Virus record (IMG/VR): IMGVR_UViG_3300020445_000001 | Strand: one strand, 5' to 3' | Source of the DNA: an uncultured virus (IMG/VR IMGVR_UViG_3300020445_000001) | Lineage: Duplodnaviria; Heunggongvirae; Uroviricota; Caudoviricetes | Length of the DNA: 64,000 nt | Part shown: in pieces, positions 55,507-64,000 of the stretch | Numbering within the stretch: the stretch's first letter is position 1 | How the letters are laid out: each line of letters starts with the position of its first letter | Notes under the pieces: model-generated | Databases searched by the model: none | What the model saw: the letters and a program-made list of their open reading frames with translations, nothing else | What the model was told of the DNA's origin: nothing | Program-made: the position numbers and the translations under genes

Positions 55507-56493
55507 CTAAAATAAAGTTACTATGTTTTTAGTTTTTAATTTTAATCCTTGAGGATTCGTTAAAAAACTTCTGTAAGTTGAACTCTGTTGAAGCATATTT
55601 GTGTGATTAGATTCTGCAAGAGTTAAACCGAACTCACAATCACCTTCTGGTGCGATTAAAAATCTATCTGTGGCTTTACATAACATATAAAACATCTGTT
55701 CAGATTTTTTTGTTCCAGTAATCCAACCGACACCTTGACCTTCGTCTCCAAGAAAATACTCATTCATTTCTGTAAATAGTTGAACTTTTTTTGTTGTTGT
55801 GAGATGAGTTTTAAGTAGTGATAAAAAGTTTTTTGGTATTTCATCTTTACCTTGAAAGACTAAAATTGTTGCCCAAGCATTTAAAATTCTTTGCCAAGGC
55901 AAAAATCTTTTAACTTTTTTATCATCAAAAAAATTATTGGTTATGTTCATACCTATACGAATATATTCTTTCCATACTCTAAATAAACTTAGTGCATTTA
56001 CCATTGTTAAAGTTTCGGTATCAATAGATTGTTTGTCCTTCCCTTTCCTCATTTTTAAAACTTGTTCTAAGGTAGTGACCTCATCTTTTGTTGCACTTTT
56101 TTCATAACGCCATACAACATCAAATTTAGTTCGGTTTTTTGCTGGTGCAGCCTTTTCAAAGGTATCTTTTCTAACACCAGTTGCAATCCAAACAATTCTG
56201 TTTTTTCTTCCAGATGCAATATTTTCTAGTCTATGTTGAAACTCAGTTAAATTACCAGTTATATCAAATGCACAAGTATCACCAGTATGTAACCAGTTAT
56301 GTCTGTATACACTATGGTTTATTGCTTTTAATTGAGCTGGAACAAACTTTCTGTTCTGTTCATTATGATTGTTAAGAATGTATCTTGCCATTTTTGGTGT
56401 CATTACAACTTTAAAGATATCTTCTTCTTTTGATTTAGGATTAAATCCTAATATTTCTTCTGAGGCTGATATTGCCTTTTTTTCAATTTCCAT
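55507..56493 (-). CDS. ParB/DGQHR-like domain protein (start probably MEIEKK)
   Basis: MTP.MA..L..N..NR...W...G....FD..G.L.EFQHRL; AGGAG RBS before 56493. Confidence 0.65.
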   Translation of the reverse strand: MEIEKKAISASEEILGFNPKSKEEDIFKVVMTPKMARYILNNHNEQNRKFVPAQLKAINHSVYRHNWLHTGDTCAFDITGNLTEFQHRLENIASGRKNRIVWIATGVRKDTFEKAAPAKNRTKFDVVWRYEKSATKDEVTTLEQVLKMRKGKDKQSIDTETLTMVNALSLFRVWKEYIRIGMNITNNFFDDKKVKRFLPWQRILNAWATILVFQGKDEIPKNFLSLLKTHLTTTKKVQLFTEMNEYFLGDEGQGVGWITGTKKSEQMFYMLCKATDRFLIAPEGDCEFGLTLAESNHTNMLQQSSTYRSFLTNPQGLKLKTKNIVTLF

Positions 56494-56599
56494 CTTAACT
56501 CCTTTTGTTTTAATGGATATCACTTAATTGTGATACTATTATAATATAACACACTTTCTCAATAACACAACTATATGGTGTTCCCCCAAATGTGTATAG

Positions 56600-57580
56600 T
56601 TACATAAACTCCTCTAAGTTTCCACTTTCTTTGGCTGCATACTTACCAATAAGTTTTTCTTGTTTACCATAAACACCTACTGTTGCAAGTCTTCTATCAC
56701 AATATGCAACACAACTAAACCTTTGTCCAGAACCTCTTATCTCTGTAACTCCGTGTACTTCATTACTATCTGCAATGATTACTGAGTTATCTGGTGCATC
56801 AAGAGCAACTCCATATCTAGGAAACACTAAGTATGCACCCTCATAATCACCTTCTCTGAAAACGCACATTGATGTAAGTCCAGCATCTGTATCTCCACTA
56901 TCAATATGTGCAGACATCTTTGTAGATTGATATGCAGAATATCTATTTGCAGAAAGTGTTGTAAATATACCACCACCAACTCTATGTTCTGGTTTTATGT
57001 TATTATCTGCAAAACTCTTTTGAGATTTGTATACTTGTTCGTTTGCTTTCTTAAATGCAATCTCATTCCATTTAGATATCTCTTGAAGTCTTTCCCATCT
57101 CTCTTTATTATCTTTACACCAACCAGATGAATCTATTGCACCAGTAAATCTTCCTCTTTTATATCCTATCATTACTGAATGTATTTCATTACTGTATGCA
57201 ATCATACCCCATTTACCAGATTTGGTTTTTACATAATAAGAGTTTGGTGTTCTTAATTTATAATGTTCACCCTCTATCAAACCTTTTTTCTTCATTTCTT
57301 CTTTATCAATAGGCCCAGAACAATTTGCTCTCATTGTAGATGTATCTTCTATTGTTGTGAGAACATCTCTAATATCATCATTAGGATATACATTGTTTAC
57401 AACATATGCAAGGGGAACATCAGAACCATCTAATGACCTTACTGGTTTCATTATTCCTAAATCTTCTTTTTGTGTAACTTTGTAAACTTTATCATAAGAT
57501 GAATCATCTAAGAATTTACCATTCCATTTTTCAAATGTTTCTTTCTTACCATAATCTTTTTCTAATACTATCTTTTTCAT
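56600..57580 (-). CDS. TET/JBP-family 2OG-Fe(II) dioxygenase (5-methylpyrimidine oxidase)
   Basis: FTT...N...HIDSGD...G..L.FP.Y.V.......D...HG.T...RFS.VAY. Confidence 0.85.
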   Translation of the reverse strand: MKKIVLEKDYGKKETFEKWNGKFLDDSSYDKVYKVTQKEDLGIMKPVRSLDGSDVPLAYVVNNVYPNDDIRDVLTTIEDTSTMRANCSGPIDKEEMKKKGLIEGEHYKLRTPNSYYVKTKSGKWGMIAYSNEIHSVMIGYKRGRFTGAIDSSGWCKDNKERWERLQEISKWNEIAFKKANEQVYKSQKSFADNNIKPEHRVGGGIFTTLSANRYSAYQSTKMSAHIDSGDTDAGLTSMCVFREGDYEGAYLVFPRYGVALDAPDNSVIIADSNEVHGVTEIRGSGQRFSCVAYCDRRLATVGVYGKQEKLIGKYAAKESGNLEEFM

Positions 57581-58776
57581 TTTGTTTCCTTATATGGTTT
57601 TAGGATATTTTCATAAATCTTTTTTGATAGATAATGTAATTGTAAAGGTGCAACCATCAACCCTATCCTCGCAAGGTTGTCATCTAATTTACCAACAAGT
57701 TTATAATCTTCTGGTAATGTCATTATTCTTGCAGCCTCAATAGTAGTAAAAACTCTATCTTCTTCTGGGTGTAAATGAACTGCAAGAGATTGTCTTAATC
57801 CTTGTTCTGATAGAGTATGACTTGGTTGATTCCAAGGCACTCTTCTTGATTGATAAAAACTATGTTTTTCTTTCCATTCACTTTTACCCCACTTCTTTCT
57901 ATGTTCAATTACTTTTCTATACCAAGGCCCGACAACATCATCACCAACAGACATAACTTTGTCTGGATTCTTTTGTAATCTTTTTAACCACTTATATTTA
58001 GCACTTTTCTTCATAGACTCTTTTAATTCAAATGCTTCAGATATATTTTTATTTGTCTTTTGTATATCATATATTGCATCTTTAATATTATATCTTTCTT
58101 CTTTTGGGTCTGGAAATATAGAACTATCTAAACACATAAAAGGTAAACCTATATCATCTAATACATCTTCTCTAACTGATACTATAAAAACTCTTTCTCT
58201 CTTTTGTGGAACTCCGTGTTCGTGTCCTTTTAAAACTCTCCATACTGTATGATATCCGTGTGATTCAAAATCTTTAACCATTCTATTTAAATGATCTCTT
58301 GCATAATCCATTGTTAAACCTTTAACATTTTCACAAACAACAACTCTAGGTTTTAAATCACCAACAATTCTAATTTGTTCCCAAGTTAAATCTTCAATGT
58401 TTTTTTGTTTCATACCATATGCAGTTTTTTCTTGATTCCAACCTTTTTGTTTTGTACCAGACATACTAAATGGTGGACAAGGTGGTGAACCATCTAATAT
58501 ATCTAACTCACCAGGCTTTAGTCCAGTCATTTCCATAATCTTTTGACCAGTAACATTTTTAATATCACCACAGATATGTTGTGTGTTTGGAAAGTTTGCA
58601 AGATAATCATTTACTGCAACTTGTTGAAACTCATTTACAAATAAACATTCACCACCAGATAATTTATATCCACAAGAAGAACCACCTCCACCAGCAAAGA
58701 AGCTGATAAAATTAAATAGTTTTCTATTTGCAGACTTTTCTAAATCGTCTAATGTATATCTAAAATAATTACCCAA
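57577..58776 (-). CDS. DNA (cytosine-5) methyltransferase
   Basis: FAGGGG, GSPPC, ENV and VPQ.RER motifs, plus motif IX/X R.MT.P. Confidence 0.95.
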   Translation of the reverse strand: MGNYFRYTLDDLEKSANRKLFNFISFFAGGGGSSCGYKLSGGECLFVNEFQQVAVNDYLANFPNTQHICGDIKNVTGQKIMEMTGLKPGELDILDGSPPCPPFSMSGTKQKGWNQEKTAYGMKQKNIEDLTWEQIRIVGDLKPRVVVCENVKGLTMDYARDHLNRMVKDFESHGYHTVWRVLKGHEHGVPQKRERVFIVSVREDVLDDIGLPFMCLDSSIFPDPKEERYNIKDAIYDIQKTNKNISEAFELKESMKKSAKYKWLKRLQKNPDKVMSVGDDVVGPWYRKVIEHRKKWGKSEWKEKHSFYQSRRVPWNQPSHTLSEQGLRQSLAVHLHPEEDRVFTTIEAARIMTLPEDYKLVGKLDDNLARIGLMVAPLQLHYLSKKIYENILKPYKETK

Positions 58777-61258
58777 AGAAATCCTCTAAGTTACCTTGTG
58801 TTCCATAAGTTCTATCTATATTCCATTTTATACTATTTAAAATTAATGTCAAGGGGTCAATGAAAACTTTTTCAAACTGTATATCATAATCAACAAAACT
58901 GTGTATATCAAATTCTTTAGGAAGTTTAGTAATGTATGTGATTACATTTGAAGTAAATGGATTAGGTTGTTTTAAATAAACAAACTTAATCTTATCACCC
59001 TCTTGTATCAAAGGGTATTTGTTTATAAGTTTATTTTGTTTTATCTTATGATTGTATATCAATGCACCTTTGATATGCATAGGTGTTGACTTTTTAAATG
59101 TTGTTCCACTATCAAAGTATTTTGATAAACCATTTACTGAACGAGGAAACGAAATCAATTCTGGTTTTACTTTAAGAAACTCTTCTCTAAAATTAATTAC
59201 AAACTTGTTTAATTCTTTTTCATCACTTGTCATTATAAGTTCAAGTGCATCTTTAATCTTTTGTCTACACATTGCAGGCGTTGATGACTTGACAGCTTCA
59301 ATACCCATCATCTTCAACTTAGGTTCTTTGTATGATACACCTTCACTATCCCAAACATTTAGAATATATCTTTTCTTTGCAACCCAAATACCTTTGTCTG
59401 CAATCACTTCTCGTTTCATAAACATCTTATTTGCAAATGCATTTGTATATTGTTTAAGTTCATCATACGATTTTGTAATGTATGGTTCAATAGATTCTGA
59501 TGCAACCTTGTCTAGAAAGTTTATTGTTTTAGATAATGCATTATCACTTTTAATTGTTTTAGTAACAAATTTATCCATAGTCAAATAAACAGAATCAGTA
59601 TCAGATGCAATCACATAATCATCATCTGTTTTTAAAACATTGTTTAGATATTTGTTAAGTTTGTTTTCAATCCAACGAATAGATAATTGACCACTCTTTG
59701 TAATACCCTCTGCAATCGCTTTATCGTAATAACGAAAATATTGATTACCTATTGCACCATAAGCAGAGTTCAAAGAAATCTTACGAGCCATCTGAATATT
59801 GTTATAACGACTTATCAGTTTTTTATACTTGTTGTCTTTTGTGTTTTCAAATTCTTGTTGTGCAGATAACATTTTCTTTTTGTAAGTCACTCGTTCATTG
59901 TATAACTCTTCCATCATAGTTGGTAAGAAACCTTTTTTATCTGTTCTAAACAATGCACCATTTGGTGTCATAGTAGTTCTATCTGGTATGTCTAGTTTAA
60001 TACCTTTTAACATATCATCAACTATAATGTCTTGATGTTTACTTTTCAATAATGTTTCTGGTGAGAGATTATACTGCATAATTAAATGTGGATATAGTGA
60101 ATTCAAATCAAATGATACAACCCACTTATGTAAACCAGTAATCGGTTCTTTTACATATGCACCTTCATATTGTTCGTTTTTGTTATAAGACTTTTTCTGT
60201 GGTATAACAATCTTTCTTTTTCTCAAGAAGTTATAGATTAGAATATCCCAATATTTAACTTGACCAAACACATCTGAATAATTTACTTTACCCTCATAGG
60301 CCATAGTAAGTGCAAGGTCAATCAAACCCATCTTGTCTTCTAGTTTGTCAACTATTTCCACATCTTGAATATTATAATCAATAAAAGATTGAAAGTCTTT
60401 TTCATACCACTCTCTAAATGTTTCGTATGGATTTTCATCTTTCTTTTCACCAAGTTCAACACTTGCAATATAATCTAACTTGTATGATTCTTGTTTGGTA
60501 TAAGTAAACTTTTGATAGAGTTGTAAATAATCATATTGAGATACACCCATAATATCATACATCAAATGATTTCTACCCATACTATAAATTTGTCTTGCAC
60601 TAACATTTTTCCAAGGCGATAGTTCTCGCATTTTATCTTCACCACAAACTTGTTTGATTCTATTTGCAAGATAAGGAATATCAAAGAAGTCTGTATTCCA
60701 ACCAGTAATAACATCTGGATAATTCTTTGTCCAGAAAGACATAAACTCCATAATCAAATCGTGTTCGTTAGGACAACGAATATAAGTGACATCTTCTCTT
60801 GTATTTTTGTAGGGTTGAATACCCCACACTATAATCTTTTTAGATTGTTGATTTTTTACTGTAATAGAAAGTAAAGGTTCTATTGCAGATTCTGGATTAG
60901 GAAAACCATTTTCACATTGAACCTCAATATCAATCGTCATAATTAATAGTTTGTCAATGTTCCAATTTACCTTTTGTGGAAATGTATCTGAAATATATGT
61001 GTATGCGAATCTGTTTAGTCCGTGAACAAGATGAGGCTGACTTTCGTATTTAAGAAGAAAATCTTTTGCATCTTTTATACAATCAAATTGATATGGTGTT
61101 ACCGATTTGCCATCAAGAGTTTTCCAATCCGTTTGTTTCATTACTGGAACAAACAAAGTTGGTTTGTATTTTAATCTAAAACTTACTCTTTGATTTTTAT
61201 CAACACCACGAACTAAAAGAAAATTACCCCATTGTACTACATTAGTATAAAAATCCAT
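58769..61258 (-). CDS. gp43: family B DNA polymerase gp43
   Basis: DIE exonuclease motif; DLNSLYP, K..LNS.YG and DTDS motifs. Confidence 0.98.
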   Translation of the reverse strand: MDFYTNVVQWGNFLLVRGVDKNQRVSFRLKYKPTLFVPVMKQTDWKTLDGKSVTPYQFDCIKDAKDFLLKYESQPHLVHGLNRFAYTYISDTFPQKVNWNIDKLLIMTIDIEVQCENGFPNPESAIEPLLSITVKNQQSKKIIVWGIQPYKNTREDVTYIRCPNEHDLIMEFMSFWTKNYPDVITGWNTDFFDIPYLANRIKQVCGEDKMRELSPWKNVSARQIYSMGRNHLMYDIMGVSQYDYLQLYQKFTYTKQESYKLDYIASVELGEKKDENPYETFREWYEKDFQSFIDYNIQDVEIVDKLEDKMGLIDLALTMAYEGKVNYSDVFGQVKYWDILIYNFLRKRKIVIPQKKSYNKNEQYEGAYVKEPITGLHKWVVSFDLNSLYPHLIMQYNLSPETLLKSKHQDIIVDDMLKGIKLDIPDRTTMTPNGALFRTDKKGFLPTMMEELYNERVTYKKKMLSAQQEFENTKDNKYKKLISRYNNIQMARKISLNSAYGAIGNQYFRYYDKAIAEGITKSGQLSIRWIENKLNKYLNNVLKTDDDYVIASDTDSVYLTMDKFVTKTIKSDNALSKTINFLDKVASESIEPYITKSYDELKQYTNAFANKMFMKREVIADKGIWVAKKRYILNVWDSEGVSYKEPKLKMMGIEAVKSSTPAMCRQKIKDALELIMTSDEKELNKFVINFREEFLKVKPELISFPRSVNGLSKYFDSGTTFKKSTPMHIKGALIYNHKIKQNKLINKYPLIQEGDKIKFVYLKQPNPFTSNVITYITKLPKEFDIHSFVDYDIQFEKVFIDPLTLILNSIKWNIDRTYGTQGNLEDFFG

Positions 61259-61264
61259 AATATA

Positions 61265-61295
61265 ACTATATCACCTTTTTAAAAATAGTCAACCC
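61265..61295 (-). promoter_or_regulatory. sigma70-type promoter, GGGTTGAC class, directly before gp43
   Basis: GGGTTGACT, 16 nt, TG-n-TATAGT; ATG 7 nt downstream. Confidence 0.65.
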
Positions 61296-61528
61296 TCAAT
61301 TAAATCTTTTTCCTCTGGAAAGTATTTGTTCATTGCCTCAATTAAATCTTCATATTTAGCGACCTCGTGCAGTTCTTTTTCTATTTCACTTACGATATCA
61401 CCGTGTTCACCAATTCCTCTTGGATTGTCAAGTAACACCTCAACATTTGCAAGGTGTTTCTTAATATGTCCTTCAGAGTGAAGTAAAAATGCAGATTTTA
61501 ATTTTTGTTTAATCGCTTTTTGGCTCAT
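61289..61528 (-). CDS. conserved T4-like hypothetical protein
   Basis: NVEV.L.NP.GIGEH.D motif. Confidence 0.8.
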   Translation of the reverse strand: MSQKAIKQKLKSAFLLHSEGHIKKHLANVEVLLDNPRGIGEHGDIVSEIEKELHEVAKYEDLIEAMNKYFPEEKDLIEG

Positions 61529-61934
61529 CAGTTTCCTCTTTCTTTTTTCCTATATTATATTTTGGTTCTAAAATCCAATCACCTTTTTCTTTAAAAGAGA
61601 TAACTTTTATTTGTGATAGTGGAGCTTTGGTTTCTGGTTCGTTCTCAAAACTAACTAGTCCCCAATCTTTTAAAAGACAAGCTATAGAATTTCTTCTTCC
61701 TATATCGTTATCTGATATGTTGTGCTCTTTACCATCAAGTGCAAATAGTTCTTTGAAGTGAACTATGTAATATTTGCCTTGTTTGTGTAGTATGTGACAA
61801 GATTGAAAAAGTTTCTTTTCTTTTCTAGATGATACTCCGATTCTGGAAAGTGTTTCCCTAACCTTTAAAAAATCATCTGGTTCTTTCAAAGAAACTTCTA
61901 ACATCTTATCTGTGTTCCATAAAGTTTCGTTCAT
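61509..61934 (-). CDS. regA: translational repressor RegA
   Basis: DDFLKVRETL.RIG...QSCHILHKQG.YYIVHFKELF. Confidence 0.97.
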   Translation of the reverse strand: MNETLWNTDKMLEVSLKEPDDFLKVRETLSRIGVSSRKEKKLFQSCHILHKQGKYYIVHFKELFALDGKEHNISDNDIGRRNSIACLLKDWGLVSFENEPETKAPLSQIKVISFKEKGDWILEPKYNIGKKKEETDEPKSD

Positions 61935-62332
61935 TTTTTCATTCCACCTTTATTCAGTTTACTTTTGATAAACTCTATTTGTTTATCGTTAAGTATGTCA
62001 AGAATTGATTTAGCTTTAGAGTTATTATATCCATAATATTCTTTTACATACTCAAGATTTTTAGATTTACTTTCCTTTATCCAAGGGGCATATCTTTTTC
62101 TTGTTCTTATAGTATTTAGTAAAAAGTCATATTGCAACTTCTTGTCTTTGTCTAAAACTGAACCATAACGATTCATTTCATTCACTAATAATATACAATC
62201 ATTATGTGGTGCAAGACATTTATTTACAATAAAAGGACTATACTTTTTTTCGTACATATCGTCCTCACCGTCCATAAGATTATTCTTATTAAAGTTTAAA
62301 GAATTCAGATACTCTTTTAATTCATATGCCAT
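61931..62332 (-). CDS. gp62: clamp loader small subunit gp62
   Basis: Y.PFIVNK.L...NEMN...QYDF...YYGY..KA. Confidence 0.93.
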   Translation of the reverse strand: MAYELKEYLNSLNFNKNNLMDGEDDMYEKKYSPFIVNKCLAPHNDCILLVNEMNRYGSVLDKDKKLQYDFLLNTIRTRKRYAPWIKESKSKNLEYVKEYYGYNNSKAKSILDILNDKQIEFIKSKLNKGGMKK

Positions 62333-63096
62333 TACTTTGGGCTCTGTGCAAGTATCTTTTGGTCTGCAAGTAAAGGCATAGTTTTTAGTTCTATCTCAAA
62401 GTTTGCAGATAAAGTTCTTCTTTCCCCCTCACCATAGAATGGCGATACAGAGTGTTTTAACCAATTAGGAAACATTAATAATTTACCAACTTCTGGTTTT
62501 ACAAATGCTTCTTGAACTGGTTTTAATTGTTTAATATCACTAGTACAATTCATACCCCAACTAAAAAATGTGAAACCATCAGTAGTACCAGATGCATTAT
62601 TTAAATCTAGTTTAAGTCCACCAGTTTCATATTCTTTTGCACTACCAGATAGTTTTTCTATCTGTGGTGGTACTTTTAAATATAAAATGCAAGACATTCC
62701 AGTAGGCGTTTTGACGCCGTGATCGTGTAGTGGATTATAATCACCTTCATAACTATGAACTGTCCACATAGATACACAATCGCTTTTTGCATCTGCACAA
62801 CCTAGAAATTGTAGATATGAATGTGTGAAACCTTCAAGAAGTGCTTTCAAACCTTTTACTGGCTTATCTTCAAAGTTCATATCTAATTGTGCAGACTTTT
62901 TATTTGATTTGATTTGTCCTACAAGTTCGTGTGAAAAACTTTTTGCACTTCCTCTTACACCATCAATATACTCATTAAATTCATCTGTAACATATTCTGG
63001 TAAAAATACTTCCAACATATTTAATGCTGGTTTAGTAACCATTGACATCTTAATATCTTTTGCAAGACTAATTGCCTCTTCATTTGTATCAACCAT
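62332..63096 (-). CDS. 2OG-Fe(II) oxygenase
   Basis: GDYNPLHDH...YLKVP...FP.WL.H.V.PF...RR..S.N. Confidence 0.85.
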   Translation of the reverse strand: MVDTNEEAISLAKDIKMSMVTKPALNMLEVFLPEYVTDEFNEYIDGVRGSAKSFSHELVGQIKSNKKSAQLDMNFEDKPVKGLKALLEGFTHSYLQFLGCADAKSDCVSMWTVHSYEGDYNPLHDHGVKTPTGMSCILYLKVPPQIEKLSGSAKEYETGGLKLDLNNASGTTDGFTFFSWGMNCTSDIKQLKPVQEAFVKPEVGKLLMFPNWLKHSVSPFYGEGERRTLSANFEIELKTMPLLADQKILAQSPK

Positions 63097-63104
63097 AATA
63101 ACTC

Positions 63105-64000
63105 CTATTTAAATTTACACTCACCCATCAACTGTGTTAGACAAGCAAGTAAATTAATTTCTTGGTCGGCAACAAATGCAGCTTTGTATTGATAATCTGC
63201 AATCAATAAAACTGCTGTTGCGATTGAACGACCATCTTCAAAATACTCATAAAGATTGTCATACATTTTTCTAAATATTCTAGCAGGGTCATTATCTAAA
63301 TTATTAACAACCCACTTTCTCATACTTGTAAAATCTTTCTCTCTCAAGAATGTGATTAAATCTCTCATATTCTTTTCAGAAAGGTTTACTAATATTCCAC
63401 TATCAATTTGTCCAGATGTAGCATATCTTTGTAATTCATTAAGACATCTTCTCCAATCTGGAAAGAACTTCATAATTAATTCTGCAACAACTCTTTCTTC
63501 ATACTTTACATTCTCTGTTGTGAGAACAGTATTAATACTAGACATAAATTGTTTTGCAAGATTAGGTTTTTCAGTTTTTGGAATATTAAATTCAACCACA
63601 CTACAACGACTATGTAAAGGTTCTATGATTCTATTCTTAAAATTACAAGTAAGAATAAATCCACAGTTCTTGTGAAACTCCTCTATCATACCACGAAGTG
63701 CTGGTTGTGTTGATTGTGCATTTAGATAATCTGCCTCATCAATAATGATAAACTTTCTACTACCCTCTAACGACATAGTAGATGCAAAGTTTTTCATTTT
63801 ATTACGAAGTACATCAATACCAGATTCTTCAGAACCGTTAATCATAATATAATCATAACCTATTTGTTCTAACATTGCTTTTGCAACTGTTGTTTTACCA
63901 ACACCAGGCCCGCCTGTTAGTAATAGATTAGGAATACCATTTTTAACAAACTCAGAAAAAGTTTTCTTTAGAGTTTCTGGTAATACACAATCTTGTATAG
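63105..64000 (-). CDS. gp44: clamp loader large subunit gp44 (5' end outside the window)
   Basis: Frame open to the window edge with GPGVGKTT; DEAD, TCN and SRC motifs. Confidence 0.96.
   Translation of the reverse strand, partial: IQDCVLPETLKKTFSEFVKNGIPNLLLTGGPGVGKTTVAKAMLEQIGYDYIMINGSEESGIDVLRNKMKNFASTMSLEGSRKFIIIDEADYLNAQSTQPALRGMIEEFHKNCGFILTCNFKNRIIEPLHSRCSVVEFNIPKTEKPNLAKQFMSSINTVLTTENVKYEERVVAELIMKFFPDWRRCLNELQRYATSGQIDSGILVNLSEKNMRDLITFLREKDFTSMRKWVVNNLDNDPARIFRKMYDNLYEYFEDGRSIATAVLLIADYQYKAAFVADQEINLLACLTQLMGECKFK

Noticed and set aside
31989..61258. Introns or inteins in nrdJ, gp41, uvsX or gp43
   Set aside because: All four ORFs are continuous and of ordinary length, with no intein or homing-endonuclease motifs seen
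369..63675. Numerous plus-strand ORFs in the track, and minus-strand ORFs within 10734-15427
   Set aside because: Antisense shadows of well-supported genes; Ser/Leu/Phe-rich composition and no RBS
1..64000. Stop-codon reassignment
   Set aside because: Core genes are full length in the standard code, and TAA, TAG and TGA all terminate genes

Overview
A 64 kb AT-rich segment of a T4-like (Tevenvirinae/Kyanoviridae-style) myophage genome, probably marine and probably infecting an alphaproteobacterium (inferred from a permuted two-piece tmRNA). Almost all genes are on the minus strand, apart from one plus-strand late block at 10.7-15.4 kb. Core T4-like genes are present: gp44/62, regA, gp43, uvsX, gp41, gp61, rnh, gp33, gp59, gp32, gp2, gp4, gp26/51, gp48, gp53, gp54-like and a tape-measure candidate. 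Host-derived genes include iscU, iscA, rpsU, phoH, class II nrdJ, a porin and four 2OG-Fe(II) oxygenases besides the TET/JBP enzyme. The best leads are: (1) a tmRNA-pqqA transcription unit missed by the ORF track, with a quinoprotein-associated SoxYZ-like carrier nearby; (2) a C5-methyltransferase / TET-JBP / ParB-like / P-loop kinase DNA-modification cluster, plus a sequence signature in which CCWGG and GGNCC sites appear to occur only when they overlap a GpC; (3) a likely -1 frameshift fusing gp26 to gp51; (4) a set of enzymes and polyproteins carrying capsid-targeting-like N-termini; (5) several repeated promoter/operator motifs. All calls come from reading the sequence and recognising motifs by eye. 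No database searches or computed counts were run.
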